A stretch of DNA of 64,000 nucleotides. Source: Eimeria praecox. Lineage: Eukaryota. The DNA is taken from the NCBI GenBank assembly GCA_963920595.1, contig OY986949.1, positions 3,286,001 to 3,350,000 on the forward strand, given 5' to 3'. A model generated the notes under the pieces. The model searched no databases, had not been told where the DNA came from, and saw nothing but the letters and a program-made list of their open reading frames with translations. Each line of letters starts with the position of its first letter. The first letter of the stretch is position 1. Positions 40,701-53,400 of this stretch are shown in pieces. The translations under genes and the position numbers were made by a program.

Positions 40701-42330
40701 AGCCCCTTTGCATTAGTTCGAAGCGTATGGCAGCGCCCTTCATCATCCTTCACAACAACGAGCGCCCCTTCAAACTTCATGCGGCAAACTGCAAAAGTGG
40801 AATTTTAATTGTCAGAGGATTGACGCTGGGATCTAGAAGCAGCACGTGAAAAACACTGCTAGCAACAGCGTCTGCACACGCACGCCACATAGCGGGTATG
40901 AGAGAATCGGAGAGCAAATGGCCTAACGTGAGCTTACTGGCGAGCGCACATTTAGATGGGTTCCACGTGGGCACCGAGAGCAAGCGTGCTGGCCGCAGCT
41001 CTATTGAGCCACGCATGTTAGCCGTCCGTGAAACGGGGGCTGCGCACCTCCTGCAAGTAGGAAAGCAAGTAGGAAAGCACCCCTTCTGTAGCTATTCATC
41101 TTCAGCAATGCAGTGGACGATGGCGTGACCGTGACAACTGCTGAAGACGGTATATCTTGCATTCTCTACACAAACATTTCCAGTGGAACCAAAGCATTTT
41201 CTGTCCATCAGCAAAAAAGAAGAGTCACTCTCACATTAGACCCCCCTTAATGCTCTGAGTGTTAAGGCGCCGCCAATGTCCCACAACGGTAAACTCGGGG
41301 GCACACCGGGAACTCACCAGCTTAGCGCGTAGGACTCCGCTTCGCATTCAACGCCTAGAGGCAGCTTTAAAAACAGCAGATGCGTCCCTTGGTTTAGCTC
41401 TGTCCGTCCATGTGAATGTGGGCAGGTAAGCAACAATACCAGAGGGGCCGCCACATTATGATGAACACCGAGAATGCACCTAAAACCACCACATAATCAC
41501 AGAACTCCTGGAATGTGCCAAACGCATAAATGTTCCTTACCCTAGAGCGGCTGCTCCTGAAATATCGCGCTTGACAAGCAAACAGCAATCTAGGAAGAGC
41601 ATGTCTATCTGAACACACTACACATGTAACTAAAAGCAACCGAACAGCACTATCACACCAGCTACCAGCGCTGTCTCCTCTTCATACCCTTAGGCACAAT
41701 CATGCACCGACGAGAAATAAAAATTCACATGCACCGACGCACGGTCATCTAACATCCTACCTATTCACAGCCGTACATAAATGCTCCTCTGCAGTGCACC
41801 CACTGGAGGACTCAACTCACTAGCTGAGGTGACAAAACCGTGCAACCTCCGTTCTGCTGATGCAAAAGTGCAGCAAGTGGAACAACCGTATGCATTATAG
41901 GCTATCCACTCGCTGCGTTCAAATACTCTGCGCCGTCAAGTCACCCAAAGCGTGGATACTGGCAATCATTCGTCGGTTTCAGTGTTACGGTGTGCAAATA
42001 GACCACAAAACCAAGAATAAATGCAGTAACCCCTAAACCCGTTATAGACGCAACATTTGCAATTGCATGCTTCCGTGCAGAGGCTTGGAGGTTCTATGTG
42101 CAACCATTCAGATTCGGGCGTGCATAGGGCGCTCCTGCACAGGCGCATGGCTCCCACACAACCGCCACAGCGGTGACGGTAATACATTAATATGGTTGCT
42201 ACCGTAGACAGCACGTACGTGCTGGATAATTAAGATATCTCGCATCTGTCCTGCCTATTCCGATTCCTTTTCAGCCAGAGAGTAAATAGGCGAGAGGGAG
42301 GGTGGAAGGAAAAGGCATCCAACCCTCGAA
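37800..42330. repeat. Old diverged direct duplication (~37800-38900 homologous to ~41160-42330)
   Basis: Collinear shared words: AACTAAAAG...ACCGAACAG (~38286/41628), CACAGCC..ACATAAATG (~38433/41766), CAACTCACTAGCTG (~38479/41813), ACGTGCTGGA...AGATATCT (~38773/42218). Offset 3.33-3.45 kb. Confidence 0.8.
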
Positions 42331-42537
42331 AGTATGAGATATCGGCGGTGTTTCTCACTGAGACAGCGCACTCCAATTTGCAAAGTGATTTCATTCCAGT
42401 AAAAATGACTAAGCTAAAGCGTGCGTAGTAAAATGCTGCTGGGTTGCTTCTTACGCATAAGAATGCCCACTTCTGATACTTGCCCCGTTTCCTTTTATTC
42501 TATCGAAATGTACGCACAGTCTGAATACCCGCATTTT

Positions 42538-42813
42538 TCAAATCGCGTGTTCCTTTCCACAATGACTTGTAATGAAGTCATTCCAACGCAGGCCAGCAGC
42601 AAACCTGGGGTATTCATCTGGATTCACCAGGATATCGTCCTGACTCTGCTCTAAGCAGAATTCTGACGCATCCATGCGCTGAGAAGCATATGTGTTGTCG
42701 AGCACAACCGTGGTGAATCGTAGTACGAGGTACCGATCAGCCAGGGAACGTGTGATAGTACACGCCGGGTACGCCGTGTGTGCTATCATACGGCAAACCC
42801 GGTGAAGCAGCAT
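42538..42813 (-). CDS. Candidate exon, unknown product
   Basis: Open frame with protein-like composition (DRYLVLRFTTVVLDNTYASQRMDASEFCLEQSQDDILVNPDEYPRFAAGLRWNDFITSHC). Boundaries are uncertain. Confidence 0.2.
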   Translation of the reverse strand: MLLHRVCRMIAHTAYPACTITRSLADRYLVLRFTTVVLDNTYASQRMDASEFCLEQSQDDILVNPDEYPRFAAGLRWNDFITSHCGKEHAI

Positions 42814-43559
42814 CTATGATGCTGCTAGCTTCACACGGTATGCCGTATGATAGCTTAAACCCACTTGCTGCAGGTTTGCATAGCCTTTTCATAGCGCAGA
42901 CGGTTCCTCGAGATTCAGGAGTTATTCCCAAGTATATCAGAGCTAACCAGCTTTCACTCGAAAAACCATGCTCATACGCCACGCTAAGACAAGATGCCGG
43001 TTGCGCGAAAGCCGGTGGGATGGGAACACTGACACGGGTCAGATCAGCTGCCTTCAGCAAAACCAACAATGGTACCCATAGTCCAAATTCCTTTCCACTT
43101 GATCAAACAGTATATCCAAGTCAATTCAACTTCCTATACACGAATATGAAATAAAAGGCGTATGTTGCGTGGGACAAATGGGCCACAGTGCATTAGAATG
43201 ACGCTGGAGACAAAACGGCCACTATCTAGCGCGTGGACAGCCAACGCACATACCCTCTACGTGATTTAAAATTTCCAAAGGCTTCAAAGGTTTGAATTTA
43301 CATCACCTATGCAGCCACTCCCAGGAAACATGGTTGCCATGACTGAGATGCGAACCCTCCAGTACTCCAGCATGCGCCACGTCTTCGACCCAGACACAGA
43401 ATGCATGCTAACCGTCTCTACCTCCCCTACGCAGCAGCCTCAGGTGAGCAGAACAGCTGTGCGGCTTGGCACGCCACCAACAGCAGCCAATAAGAGACTG
43501 GCCCCATACATTCCGGTACCGAGACGCAAATGCAGTAACCCTGGCAAAACGCCTGTGTT

Positions 43560-43765
43560 ACGCATTTCCCACTGGACATTTGAGCCACCAGTACGCCTCC
43601 ACCAACGCTAATCTGATACTTTAAGCCTGCATCTAAGCGTGCCTCTGCCAGCAAAGAATCATCGGCACCCACCTTCCCTGCCACAAGCAAGATACGCTGC
43701 ACTGCTACGCTGGGGAACGGACCTCCTGCAGATTCATCATGAACAGTGAGTTCGCATTCGCTGAG
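43560..43765 (-). CDS. Candidate exon, unknown product (duplicated at ~46955-47160)
   Basis: TTTGCAAG acceptor, then LSECELTVHDESAGGPFPSVAVQRILLVAGKVGADDSLLAEARLDAGLKYQISVGGGVLVAQMSSG. A weakly similar frame GDDYSFACNALAVDLPCCISF lies ~3396 bp to the left. Confidence 0.3.
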
Positions 43766-45885
43766 CTTGCAAAGGAACAGGCATAGCATATCGGCCCACT
43801 AAACCACAGTTAACTTGAAGGTGAACAGACTGCACCACGGAAAACCAAATCTCTTCACTTTGTTTAAAACCGCCTTAGGCGCACAAACATACTGTAGCAG
43901 TCAAGGAACCCGATAGCAGGACCACCGGGCTTTGAAACTATATCCTGAAACAAGAAGCACCACGCAAGTGATATAGTCGTCACCTCCCTCCACGGCTAGG
44001 CTCGCACAAGCGATTAAGCAAGCAATGTCTAGTAGTGGTGGTCGCAGTTAACAAGTTGTCCTGCAAGGATAACCTGGCCAGCCGTTCATAAACATTGTTT
44101 CTGATGGAATGATTACACCCAACGAATGACACAAATGCTACGCCTTGAGCTTGATGCGTTTCATCCTGTCTTCACGTCTATATTGCTGTGCTTCAAGCTT
44201 TTAACAAGCCTCTATGCTTCTCGTCAAACCTACAAGCTGAAGAAGTGAGATCTCTCAACCCGAGCGTGATAGCTTAAAAGCAAAACGGCAAGCCCAAAAT
44301 AACATCTGCGTATATATATACATGCATGCCTCGACACATATATACAGCTGTAGGTGCATTTATGCCTGGGGGAGGTTGCCTGCTGCTCTGAGGCATCCTT
44401 CGGGCCGCTGATCACAGGCAGCAGCAATCCCTCTGCGGCATGTACATTTTATTAGCCCCTCGGCCACGACGTGCTCCTAAAAGCTAATTAAAATGCACCA
44501 TTTCCCCCAAAAACCTCGATCCCACCAACAAGGGCATCAGGAAGTTGGGGCCAAGGCTAAATCCACCTGCAATGCTCAACGTCTGGTGGCCTGAGCGCAA
44601 AGGTGAAATGCTACTGCGCTAAGATGCAAACTCGACTGCAACTGGAAACTCAAAGTGAACAGCCAGCAGCAGGACGGCGAATCGGTAGAGAAAGTGGTGA
44701 GCACACAACCCTGCTCGAGACCGTCTAAAGTTGAGTAACACGTTTACAGCCAATGTTGGACAACTACAGGGTTCTTCAACTCTGTCACAAGCTACATACT
44801 TCCTTGAGGTTCAGTTCGCTTGCTTAGAAGACAGTTTCCCTGCCTAAGCGGCCTAAAGGGAGATGCTGCCGCACACTAGGATGGTTCCAAGGCTGGTGAT
44901 GTGCTGAGATATTCTACTCATTGTACTATGCCGACCTAGTTCCTGCTGCATTAGATGTGCAGTCACGAAGGTGATCGCAGTCTGTGCTGCTGTAGTTCGA
45001 CTTCCTCGGCTAACATATGTCGCTTGACGTCGGTCTTCCCACCAGCACTATGTATCACCAACCCCAGTAACTACACCCCGCCTGCAACGGCTGAGATATA
45101 CTCCAGTGCTCGCTGGCAATAGCATGCTTGCACGACTCTGTCGAACCTTGGGAGAGGCAAGGGCACTCTGCCGCTTGCGTATGAGCACGTTCATGCGGAG
45201 AACGCCACATACTGCCTTGAGGTAGGGGATTTGTCGTTCATGCTACAGATGTTGGAATGCAAACTCAGAAGGGACCCATTTGCTCACCATCAGGGCAAAG
45301 GTAGCTACGAGTTATAGCGGTAAGGGCTCGTGCCGTTCACCGTTCTGGAGGCACCCATATGAATCCGTATGTGAGCGCAGGCTGTAGTGAGTACCGTGAA
45401 AGGCTCCGAATGCGCGTCCAGCAAAATATCCATTGCAAACAGTAAGGAAAAACACAGCGGCAGCTGCATTTAGAGTTGTCGGGAGACTCCAAAACAATCT
45501 CAAACCCCACCCGCACTATTGGCCACGCAAGGTTCAAAGTGCTGTTGAGACCAATCTGCACTGCAAACGCCCGCCCTGTTTCCGAGGTCAGCACACCACT
45601 ATGAACGGGAGTGATGCAGCTGGCGAACACCTTCCACACAAGTTCGTGTACCCTTTGCCGCTGTGCTGACGGCCTCTTCTAGCGCCTATCATATAAACAG
45701 GCTTGCTTGCGTCAAAACGTTGTATGCTCGCTTTCTCCACTTGTCTGTTGTGATGCATAGGACGTACTCTCTGCAACGCCGAACACCACCCACGCTGCAA
45801 ACCCATTGTCAGCAGGCGAGACCCCCTTCAGAGTGTCTTCAAGGAAGTGCCCTGCGACCGCGCCGCACTTCCATTGTTCTCATAC

Positions 45886-45933
45886 CTTCACAGAAAGCAG
45901 TGGGAAGGCAACAAAGCTTAGAGCAGCGTCAGC
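45886..45933 (-). pseudogene. Deleted version of the repeat-B candidate exon (ADAALSFVAFPLLSVK)
   Basis: Same acceptor and donor as 49281-49373, lacking 45 nt in frame. Confidence 0.3.
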
Positions 45934-46825
45934 CTGCACCATCGCATACAATGCATTGAACTACCCGACGCAATTCTCCCGCCGCTCGCACCCAGAACAG
46001 CAGGCATTGGACATTCCTAGAGGACAAGGTAAAGCTACGAATTTGTTCCCTAGGAAGTTCGAAGGAGCAGAACTTGACAGAAGTGTGGCTCCTAGATTCA
46101 GCGAAGACGCACCCCACGGTTTTTGTCGTTAAGCAGACTCAAAACTGTGTTGGTTAGTTCTGTGAGGCAGACGCACAAGCTGTGCTTCTACCATGTTCTA
46201 GAAAATGAGTTGTTTGTTACAGGAGGATCACAGGATAAATGCAGTTCGAAACAGGCCCCTTTGAAACGCGGCGTTACAGCCCGGAAGCTTCACAGTTCAT
46301 ATGGTTGTGAAGGGTCTACAGTGGAACAACCAGGCTTGGTTGAGTGCGCCAGTGGAGCAATATGTGCTCACCAATGTACTACAACAAAGCGCGTCGCATT
46401 CCCTGCCATGCAGTTACCTTTGCTACCTCGAGCCGAACACAAAATCCGTAAGCATTCATGCCATGCTGAACACGACGTGCCCGTTCTAAAATAAATATTC
46501 AAAATATTCAATGAAGCAAACTAGAAGCTGCCCATAGTTACGTAGTGACGGCTAAACCAATGCTTGAACTAACGTCCCGATACTGACGCTGGGCCAAACT
46601 CAAAATATGTTCACCCTGGAAAATGGTCATGCTGACTCCCTGCTGGCAACCGCGTACCCTCTTAAGTTTTTTTACAGTTCCCCAAGGTTGTCCCTGCTTT
46701 CATATACACCAAACAACAGTCTTCCCTATCACTTCACCCCTGAGACTGCGGCCTTTCGTAGCGAACCTAGGATGATCTGCAACAACGCATTACCGATGCG
46801 TTGCATCCGCGTTCGAATCCTGTAA

Positions 46826-49550
46826 GCAGCAGCCTCCGGTGAGCAGAACAGCTGTGCGGCTTGGCACGCCACCAACAGCAGCCAATAAGAGACTGGCCCC
46901 ATACATTCCGGTACCGAGACGCAAATGCAGTAACCCTGGCAAAACGCCTGTGTTACGCATTTCCCACTGGACATTTGAGCCACCAGTACGCCTCCACCAA
47001 CGCTAATCTGATACTTTAAGCCTGCATCTAAGCGTGCCTCTGCCAGCAAAGAATCATCGGCACCCACCTTCCCTGCCACAAGCAAGATACGCTGCACTGC
47101 TACGCTGGGGAACGGACCTCCTGTAGATTCATCATGAACAGTGAGTTCGCATTCGCTGAGCTTGCAAAGGAACAGGCATAGCATATCGGCCCACTAAACC
47201 ACAGTTAACTTGAAGGTGAACAGACTGCACCACGGAAAACCAAATCTCTTCACTTTGTTTAAAACCGCCTTAGGCGCACAAACATACTGTAGCAGTCAAG
47301 GAACCCGATAGCAGGACCACCGGGCTTTGAAACTATATCCTGAAACAAGAAGCACCACGAAAGTGATATAGTCGTCAACTCCCTCCACGGCTAGGCACGC
47401 ACAAGCGATTAAGCAAGCAATGCCTAGAAGTGGTGGTCGCAGTTAACAAGTTGTCCTGCAAGGATAACCTGGCCAGCCGTTCATAAACATTGTTTCTGAT
47501 GGAATGATTACACCCAACGAATGACACAAATGCTACGCCTTGAGCTTGATGCGTTTCATCCTGTCTTCACGTCTATATTGCTGTGCTTCAAGCTTTTAAC
47601 AAGCCTCTATGCTTCTCGTCAAACCTACGAGCTGAAGAAGTGAGATCTCTCAACCCGAGCGTGATAGCTTAAAAGCAAAACGGCAAGCCCAAAATAACAT
47701 CTGCGTATATATATACATGCATGCCTCGACACATATATACAGCTGTAGGTGCATTTATGCCTGGGGGAGGTTGCCTGCTGCTCTGAGGCATCCTTCGGGC
47801 CGCTGATCACAGGCAGCAGCAATCCCTCTGCGGCATGTACATTTTATTAGCCCCTCGGCCACGACGTGCTCCTAAAAGCTAATTAAAATGCATCATTTCC
47901 CCCAAAAACCTCGATCCCACCAACAAGGGCATCAGGAAGTTGGGGCCAAGGCTAAATCCACCTGCAATGCTCAACGTCTGGTGGCCTGAGCGCAAAGGTG
48001 AAATGCTACTGCGCTAAGATGCAAACTTGAATGCAACTGGAAACTCAAAGTGAACAGCCAGCAGCAGGACGGCGAATCGGTAGAGAAAGTGGTGAGCACA
48101 CAACCCTGCTCGAGACCGTCTAAAGTTGAGTAACACGTTTACAGCCAATGTTGGACAACTACAGGGTTCTTCAACTCTGTCACAAGCTACATACTTCCTT
48201 GAGGTTCAGTTCGCTTGCTTAGAAGACAGTGTCCCTGCCTAAGCGGCCTAAAGGGAGATGCTGCCGCACACTAGGATGGTTCCAAGGCTGGTGATGTGCT
48301 GAGGTATTCTACTCATTGTACTATGCCGACCTAGTTCCTGCTGCATTAGATGTGCAGTCACGAAGGTGATCGCAGTCTGTGCTGCTGTAGTTCGACTTCC
48401 TCGGCTAACATATGTCGCTTGACGTCGGTCTTCCCACCAGCACTATGTATCACCAACCCCAGTAACTACACCCCGCCTGCAACGGCTGAGATATACTCCA
48501 GTGCTCGCTGGCAATAGCATGCTTGCACGACTCTGTCGAACCTTGGGAGAGGCAAGGGCACTCTGCCGCTTGCGTATGAGCACGTTCATGCGGAGAACGC
48601 CACATACTGCCTTGAGGTAGGGGATTTGTCGTTCATGCTACAGATGTTGGAATGCAAACTCAGAAGGGACCCATTTGCTCACCATCAGGGCAAAAGTAGC
48701 TACGAGTTATAGCGGTAAGGGCTCGTGCCGTTCACCGTTCTGGAGGCACCCATATGAATCCGTATGTGAGCGCAGGCTGTAGTGAGTACCGTGGAAGGCT
48801 CCGAATGCGCGTCCAGCAAAATATCCATTGCAAACAGTAAGGAAAAACACAGCGGCAGCTGCCGTTAGAGTTGTCGGGAGACTCCAAAACAATCTCAAAC
48901 CCCACCCGCACTATTGGCCACGCAAGGTTCAAAGTGCTGTTGAGACCAATCTGCACTGCAAACGCCCGCCCTGTTTCCGAGGTCAGCACACCACTATGAA
49001 CGGGAGTGATGCAGCTGGCGAACACCTTCCACACAAGTTCGTGTACCCTTTGCCGCTGTGCTGACGGCCTCTTCTAGCGCCTATCATATAAACAGGCTTG
49101 CTTGCGTCAAAACGTTGTATGCTCGCTTTCTCCACTTGTCTGTTGTGATGCATAGGACGTACTCTCTGCAACGCCGAACACCACCCACGCTGCAAACCCA
49201 TTGTCAGCAGGCGAGACCCCCTTCAGAGTGTCTTCAAAGAAGTGCCCTGCGACAGCAGCGCACTTCCATTGTTCTCATACCTTCACAGAAAGCAGTGGCG
49301 GTCCGTCAGGGAAAGGTACCACATCAATATTTCCACGCGGTGGGAAGGCAACAAAGCTTAGAGCAGCGTCAGCCTGCACCATCGCATACAATGCATTGAA
49401 CTACCCGATGCAGCTCTCCCGCCGCTCGCACCCAGAACAGCAGGCATTGGACATTCCTAGAGGACAATGTAAAGCTACGAATTTGTTCCCTAGGAGGTTC
49501 GAAGGAGCAGAACCTGACAGAAGTGTGGCTTCTAGATTCAGCGAAGATGC
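46826..49550. repeat. Segmental repeat B, copy 2 (~2.72 kb)
   Basis: Near-identical to 43431-46110, with 45 extra nt at 49299-49343. Weak homology continues past the breakpoint (GGCGTTACAGC..GGAAGC at ~46270 and ~49706). Confidence 0.97.
49281..49373 (-). CDS. Candidate 93-nt phase-0 exon, unknown product (ADAALSFVAFPPRGNIDVVPFPDGPPLLSVK)
   Basis: Canonical GGTGCAG| acceptor and AAG|GTATGA donor, with 31 open codons. Alternatively a longer exon to ~49163 (GTACGT donor) with one in-frame TGA. Confidence 0.35.
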
Positions 49551-50499
49551 ATTCCAACGTGCTGCACACACTGAAAATTCCGTGGGCTGCTCCTCTCCAG
49601 CAAGAGGCAGTGGCGTGCACACGAAGTGCCAGACAAGGTGTACTATTTAATGCTGGATGCTTCATATGAAACGAAACATGTGGGGGACAGACAATCTTAG
49701 AACAAGGCGTTACAGCAAGGAAGCGTCGCAATTCTTAGGACAGTGAACGGTCACTAATGACACACCTACGCGCGGTTGAAGGCGCCTTTCAAACGACAGG
49801 GTCCCGGCATGCACCAAAACGGCCTTCACACGCACTGCCATGAAACATCCATCCTTCCTCCCCGCATAACCCCAGATTTGCAATTATTGAAGTTAGGCCG
49901 CGCGCGACCGGCCCGAGTCTGAAGCTCCAAGTTCAATGGACCATACTGAACACATTTCGTTCGTCCAGTCTAAAACAATGGCTTTGCTGAAAGGTATGAT
50001 ACAAACAATGCTATAGACTCACGTACGATTCATAAGTGGTGATGCTGGTGCCGGTGCTTCACGCTACGCATCTCTCCACAGCAGCTTACCCTCTTGAAAT
50101 TTTAAGCGCTCCCCCTGCCTGCAAAGCAAAGGCCTCCACAGGATGTACCGGTGTAACCGGTGAACGCGCAGCTCTTTACAGGTGACCCTAAAGTATTTGC
50201 GACTCGCTAGCGCACATGCGTGACCTCCTGCCAATCACCTTTTGGCAAGCCACAGGCAAAACGAATTTCCGAGAGCTGAGACTACTGCGGAGAACAGAAA
50301 GAACGACTTAATCCACCGCCAATGGGGGCTGGCATGCCCTGCAGGCACCTCATCGCTTTTACCTTCAATCTGCCACCACCCCGCTCAGCGGTTCCAATCT
50401 CTACGCGCGGTGAAATTCCCCCCGAATTCGCTCAAGCATAGCACAGCACACTACCATGCTTAAGACGCAAATGCCGTAGTTAAAACGCTTCGGTAAGCG

Positions 50500-53400
50500 C
50501 CTTGAACATGCATGCCGCGCTATGTTCGTGACGAACTTCCTGCACACCCAAAGAGCTTCGCCACTGCCTTGCTGTTCGACTGTCAACCTCCACAAGAGCC
50601 CTGACACCGCAAATTATATTGATGCCATAGCCTCACCCTTTTCCACTCCCTTTAACAGTAATCTTACTCGCCTAATACTCTTAATGATCCGAACCAGATG
50701 CAGCTTACAGAAGGAAGCATCGCACACACCTTGCCTGACTACTTCGCAACCATACGCACCACGCGTAGTCAAAGTCACCCTCACAGCCAGCAACCAGATT
50801 TCACCTGTCTCCTCAATGCGCGCTGCCCAACGATGCCATAGCGCAGATCCTTAATCAGGCGCACCATATCGTTTTTGTTCCTGCGCAAATCCACGTGATC
50901 CACCGGACACCTGCCACGCACTCCCTGGTGCACGTGGAAGCCAGCTATCCGCTTTCCCTATCAAACTGCATACTACGCACACGCAACCATCACACCAGTT
51001 CCCAGACAGTGAGCGGCGCGGACTCACCACAGTAAGAAACTGGTGCTGCAATTTTCCCCGCTCTAACCCCATGGGGATCAAACCTCTTCCGGCCTGCTGA
51101 GCATGCACGCTTCTCCTCTACGATGCCGAACGCCGGAAGATAAAATAAAGAGGCACTGTAAAAGGCGCGCTCCATGCACGCCACCCCTGCCAAACACCAA
51201 ACAAAACGAAGTCAGCCGGCCCCCTCATCAGCTTACTCATCACGCCCACGCCTCCTGCGCACCTTCGTCCTCTTCCAAACGCTGACAAATCATATGAGCA
51301 CCCCAACAAACACAACTCTGTTCACTACCCTCCACCGGTGCATGCTATCGCTAACACCCTACCGCACGCGCCACTTCTCAAGTGCAGTGTCACAGCACGC
51401 GAGTGACAAACTTCCTGCACACCCAATAACCCTCGCTCACCACTACCAATGCCAGTCTCCACAAAAGACTCGCAAATCCATCTCCACGCTCCACAGACCT
51501 TTCCAAAGCCACGCAGGTACCCTTGGCCACTCGGTGTGTCGCCTCCCTCCATATGTTCCTGTGCCCATCTGCTCTTACCGGTGCTATCAACACCTTATCT
51601 ACAAAACACAGCCATGCGCACATCTTTACTGCTCAGCACACACCATTCCTTATTACACAAACATGCAACAGGCATTCATCTTCAACCGTACCCGCCAACG
51701 GCACCCTCACCAACCCAAACTGGTGCCGCTAATCAAGCTTAACCGACTTAACCAAACCCTGCCACCCACCCAGCATCACCCCCAGAATATGCACATGCGA
51801 TTCCTCTTGCATGCCTCCAGCCTACCCCTCTGCCTTCCCTGCCAGCAAAAGGAAATGCAACCAACAACGCGACACCAACACCGATAAAGAATGCACATCA
51901 CCGCTAAAACCATCGCTACAACCTTCCTTTCCAAAAGATCCAAACACCGCACAGCACTGCGCCGCTGCATGCAACACCCCCTACAAAACAGCCAAACGCA
52001 GAGCCCACCAAAGCCCCAACCACCCAAAACCAAAGCCCCAAACACCAACACAACTAACTGCATCCATATCACCCTAACCCTCCACACATACCTAACAAGC
52101 ATGTAAGATAACCCAACCCATACAATACCCCTCACACACTCTCTGTATTCCCAGCAGCCCTGCTATGCCCTTATCCTCTTAGGCTGCAGCCTACAAACAC
52201 ACCCTCTAACGTTCTGCACCACGCCAATTTGCCGAACAGGTCTTCCTCCCATTGCAAAATGGCGTTGCTCGCATTAGGCTCTCCTCTATTAAACGCAAGC
52301 ATACGCCAACAACACACTCACCACGAAGACGCTCTATCTCTTTGACGCCCATCCACAAGGACACAGTTAACTGGCACTGCAGACCGTAACCCCTATGCAC
52401 GCCATTTCAGTCGCCTATCAACATGGCAGCAAACACAACTCTGCTCACTGCCCTCTGCCGCCGCATGCTCTCTCTAACACCCTAACGCACGTGCCACTCC
52501 TGCCAAGGTAGAAGGGCCATGACGGGCGAGTGACGAACTTCCTGCTCATCCAACGAGCTTCCTCACCTCCGTAACGCCAGTCTCCGCAGACGCTCACTTA
52601 GTCATCTCCATGCGCTGCAAGCATCACTACATCCACACATCTATGCTGCGCCACTCACTTCGTCGCTTCTCTCCACATGTGCCCATCTGCTCCTAGCAAT
52701 GGAATCAACACGTTATCTGCAAAAGACAACCGTCTGCACACCGTTAGTCAGTAGACCTCCACCATCGTTACTCTACCGCCGCACACACAAAGAAACAAAA
52801 GCCTTCCATGCACCTCCTCTAATCGTATTCGCCAACCGCAACCTCACCAAATCCAACTGGCACCACTATCCACCCGTCGGGACTCACCAAACCAAGCTGC
52901 CCACCTAATACCACCCCTACATCATGCACATGCGATGCCTCCCGCACGCCTCCAGCCCTATCTCTTGCAACCCTCCCATCGGAAGCGCAACCAGCACAAC
53001 CTCGAACAGCAAAATCCAAACCACTAGGCTTGTCATCACCAAGTAGCGCCACAACGTCCCCCCCAAAAGACCAAGCACCGCACCGCACAGCACCGATGCA
53101 TGCAACACCTCCTACAAAACAGCCAAGCACTTAGCCCACCAAAGCCTCAACCAGCCAAAACCAAAGCCCCAAACACCAACACATCTAACTGCATCCGTAT
53201 CATCCTAACCCTCCACACATACCCAACAAGTATGCAAGATAACCCAACCCATACAATACCCCTCACACACTCTCTGCATTCCCAACAACCCGCCATACCC
53301 TTATCCTCTTAGGCTGCAACCTACAAACACACAATGCAACGTTCCACACCGCACCTATTTGCCGAACAGGCCTTCCTCCCATTGCAGACGGCGTTTCTCG

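Larger units (their letters stand above)
43431..46110. repeat. Segmental repeat B, copy 1 (~2.68 kb; period 3395 bp)
   Basis: GCAGCAGCCTC.GGTGAGCAGAAC at 43431 and 46826. ORF track entries recur at +3395, and sequence after the 45-bp indel recurs at +3440. Confidence 0.97.

Noticed and set aside
41053..41079. 12-bp tandem duplication GCAAGTAGGAAA x2
   Set aside because: An ordinary slippage duplication with no further structure.
5583..49373. Eimeria SAG surface-antigen gene array
   Set aside because: I could not find the characteristic SAG cysteine motifs, signal peptide or GPI-anchor tail in any candidate exon.
43431..49550. Repeat B copies as the LTRs of a retroelement
   Set aside because: No TG...CA termini, primer-binding site, polypurine tract or internal gag/pol. 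The spacer is only ~715 bp, and weak homology continues past the right breakpoint, as expected for tandem duplication.
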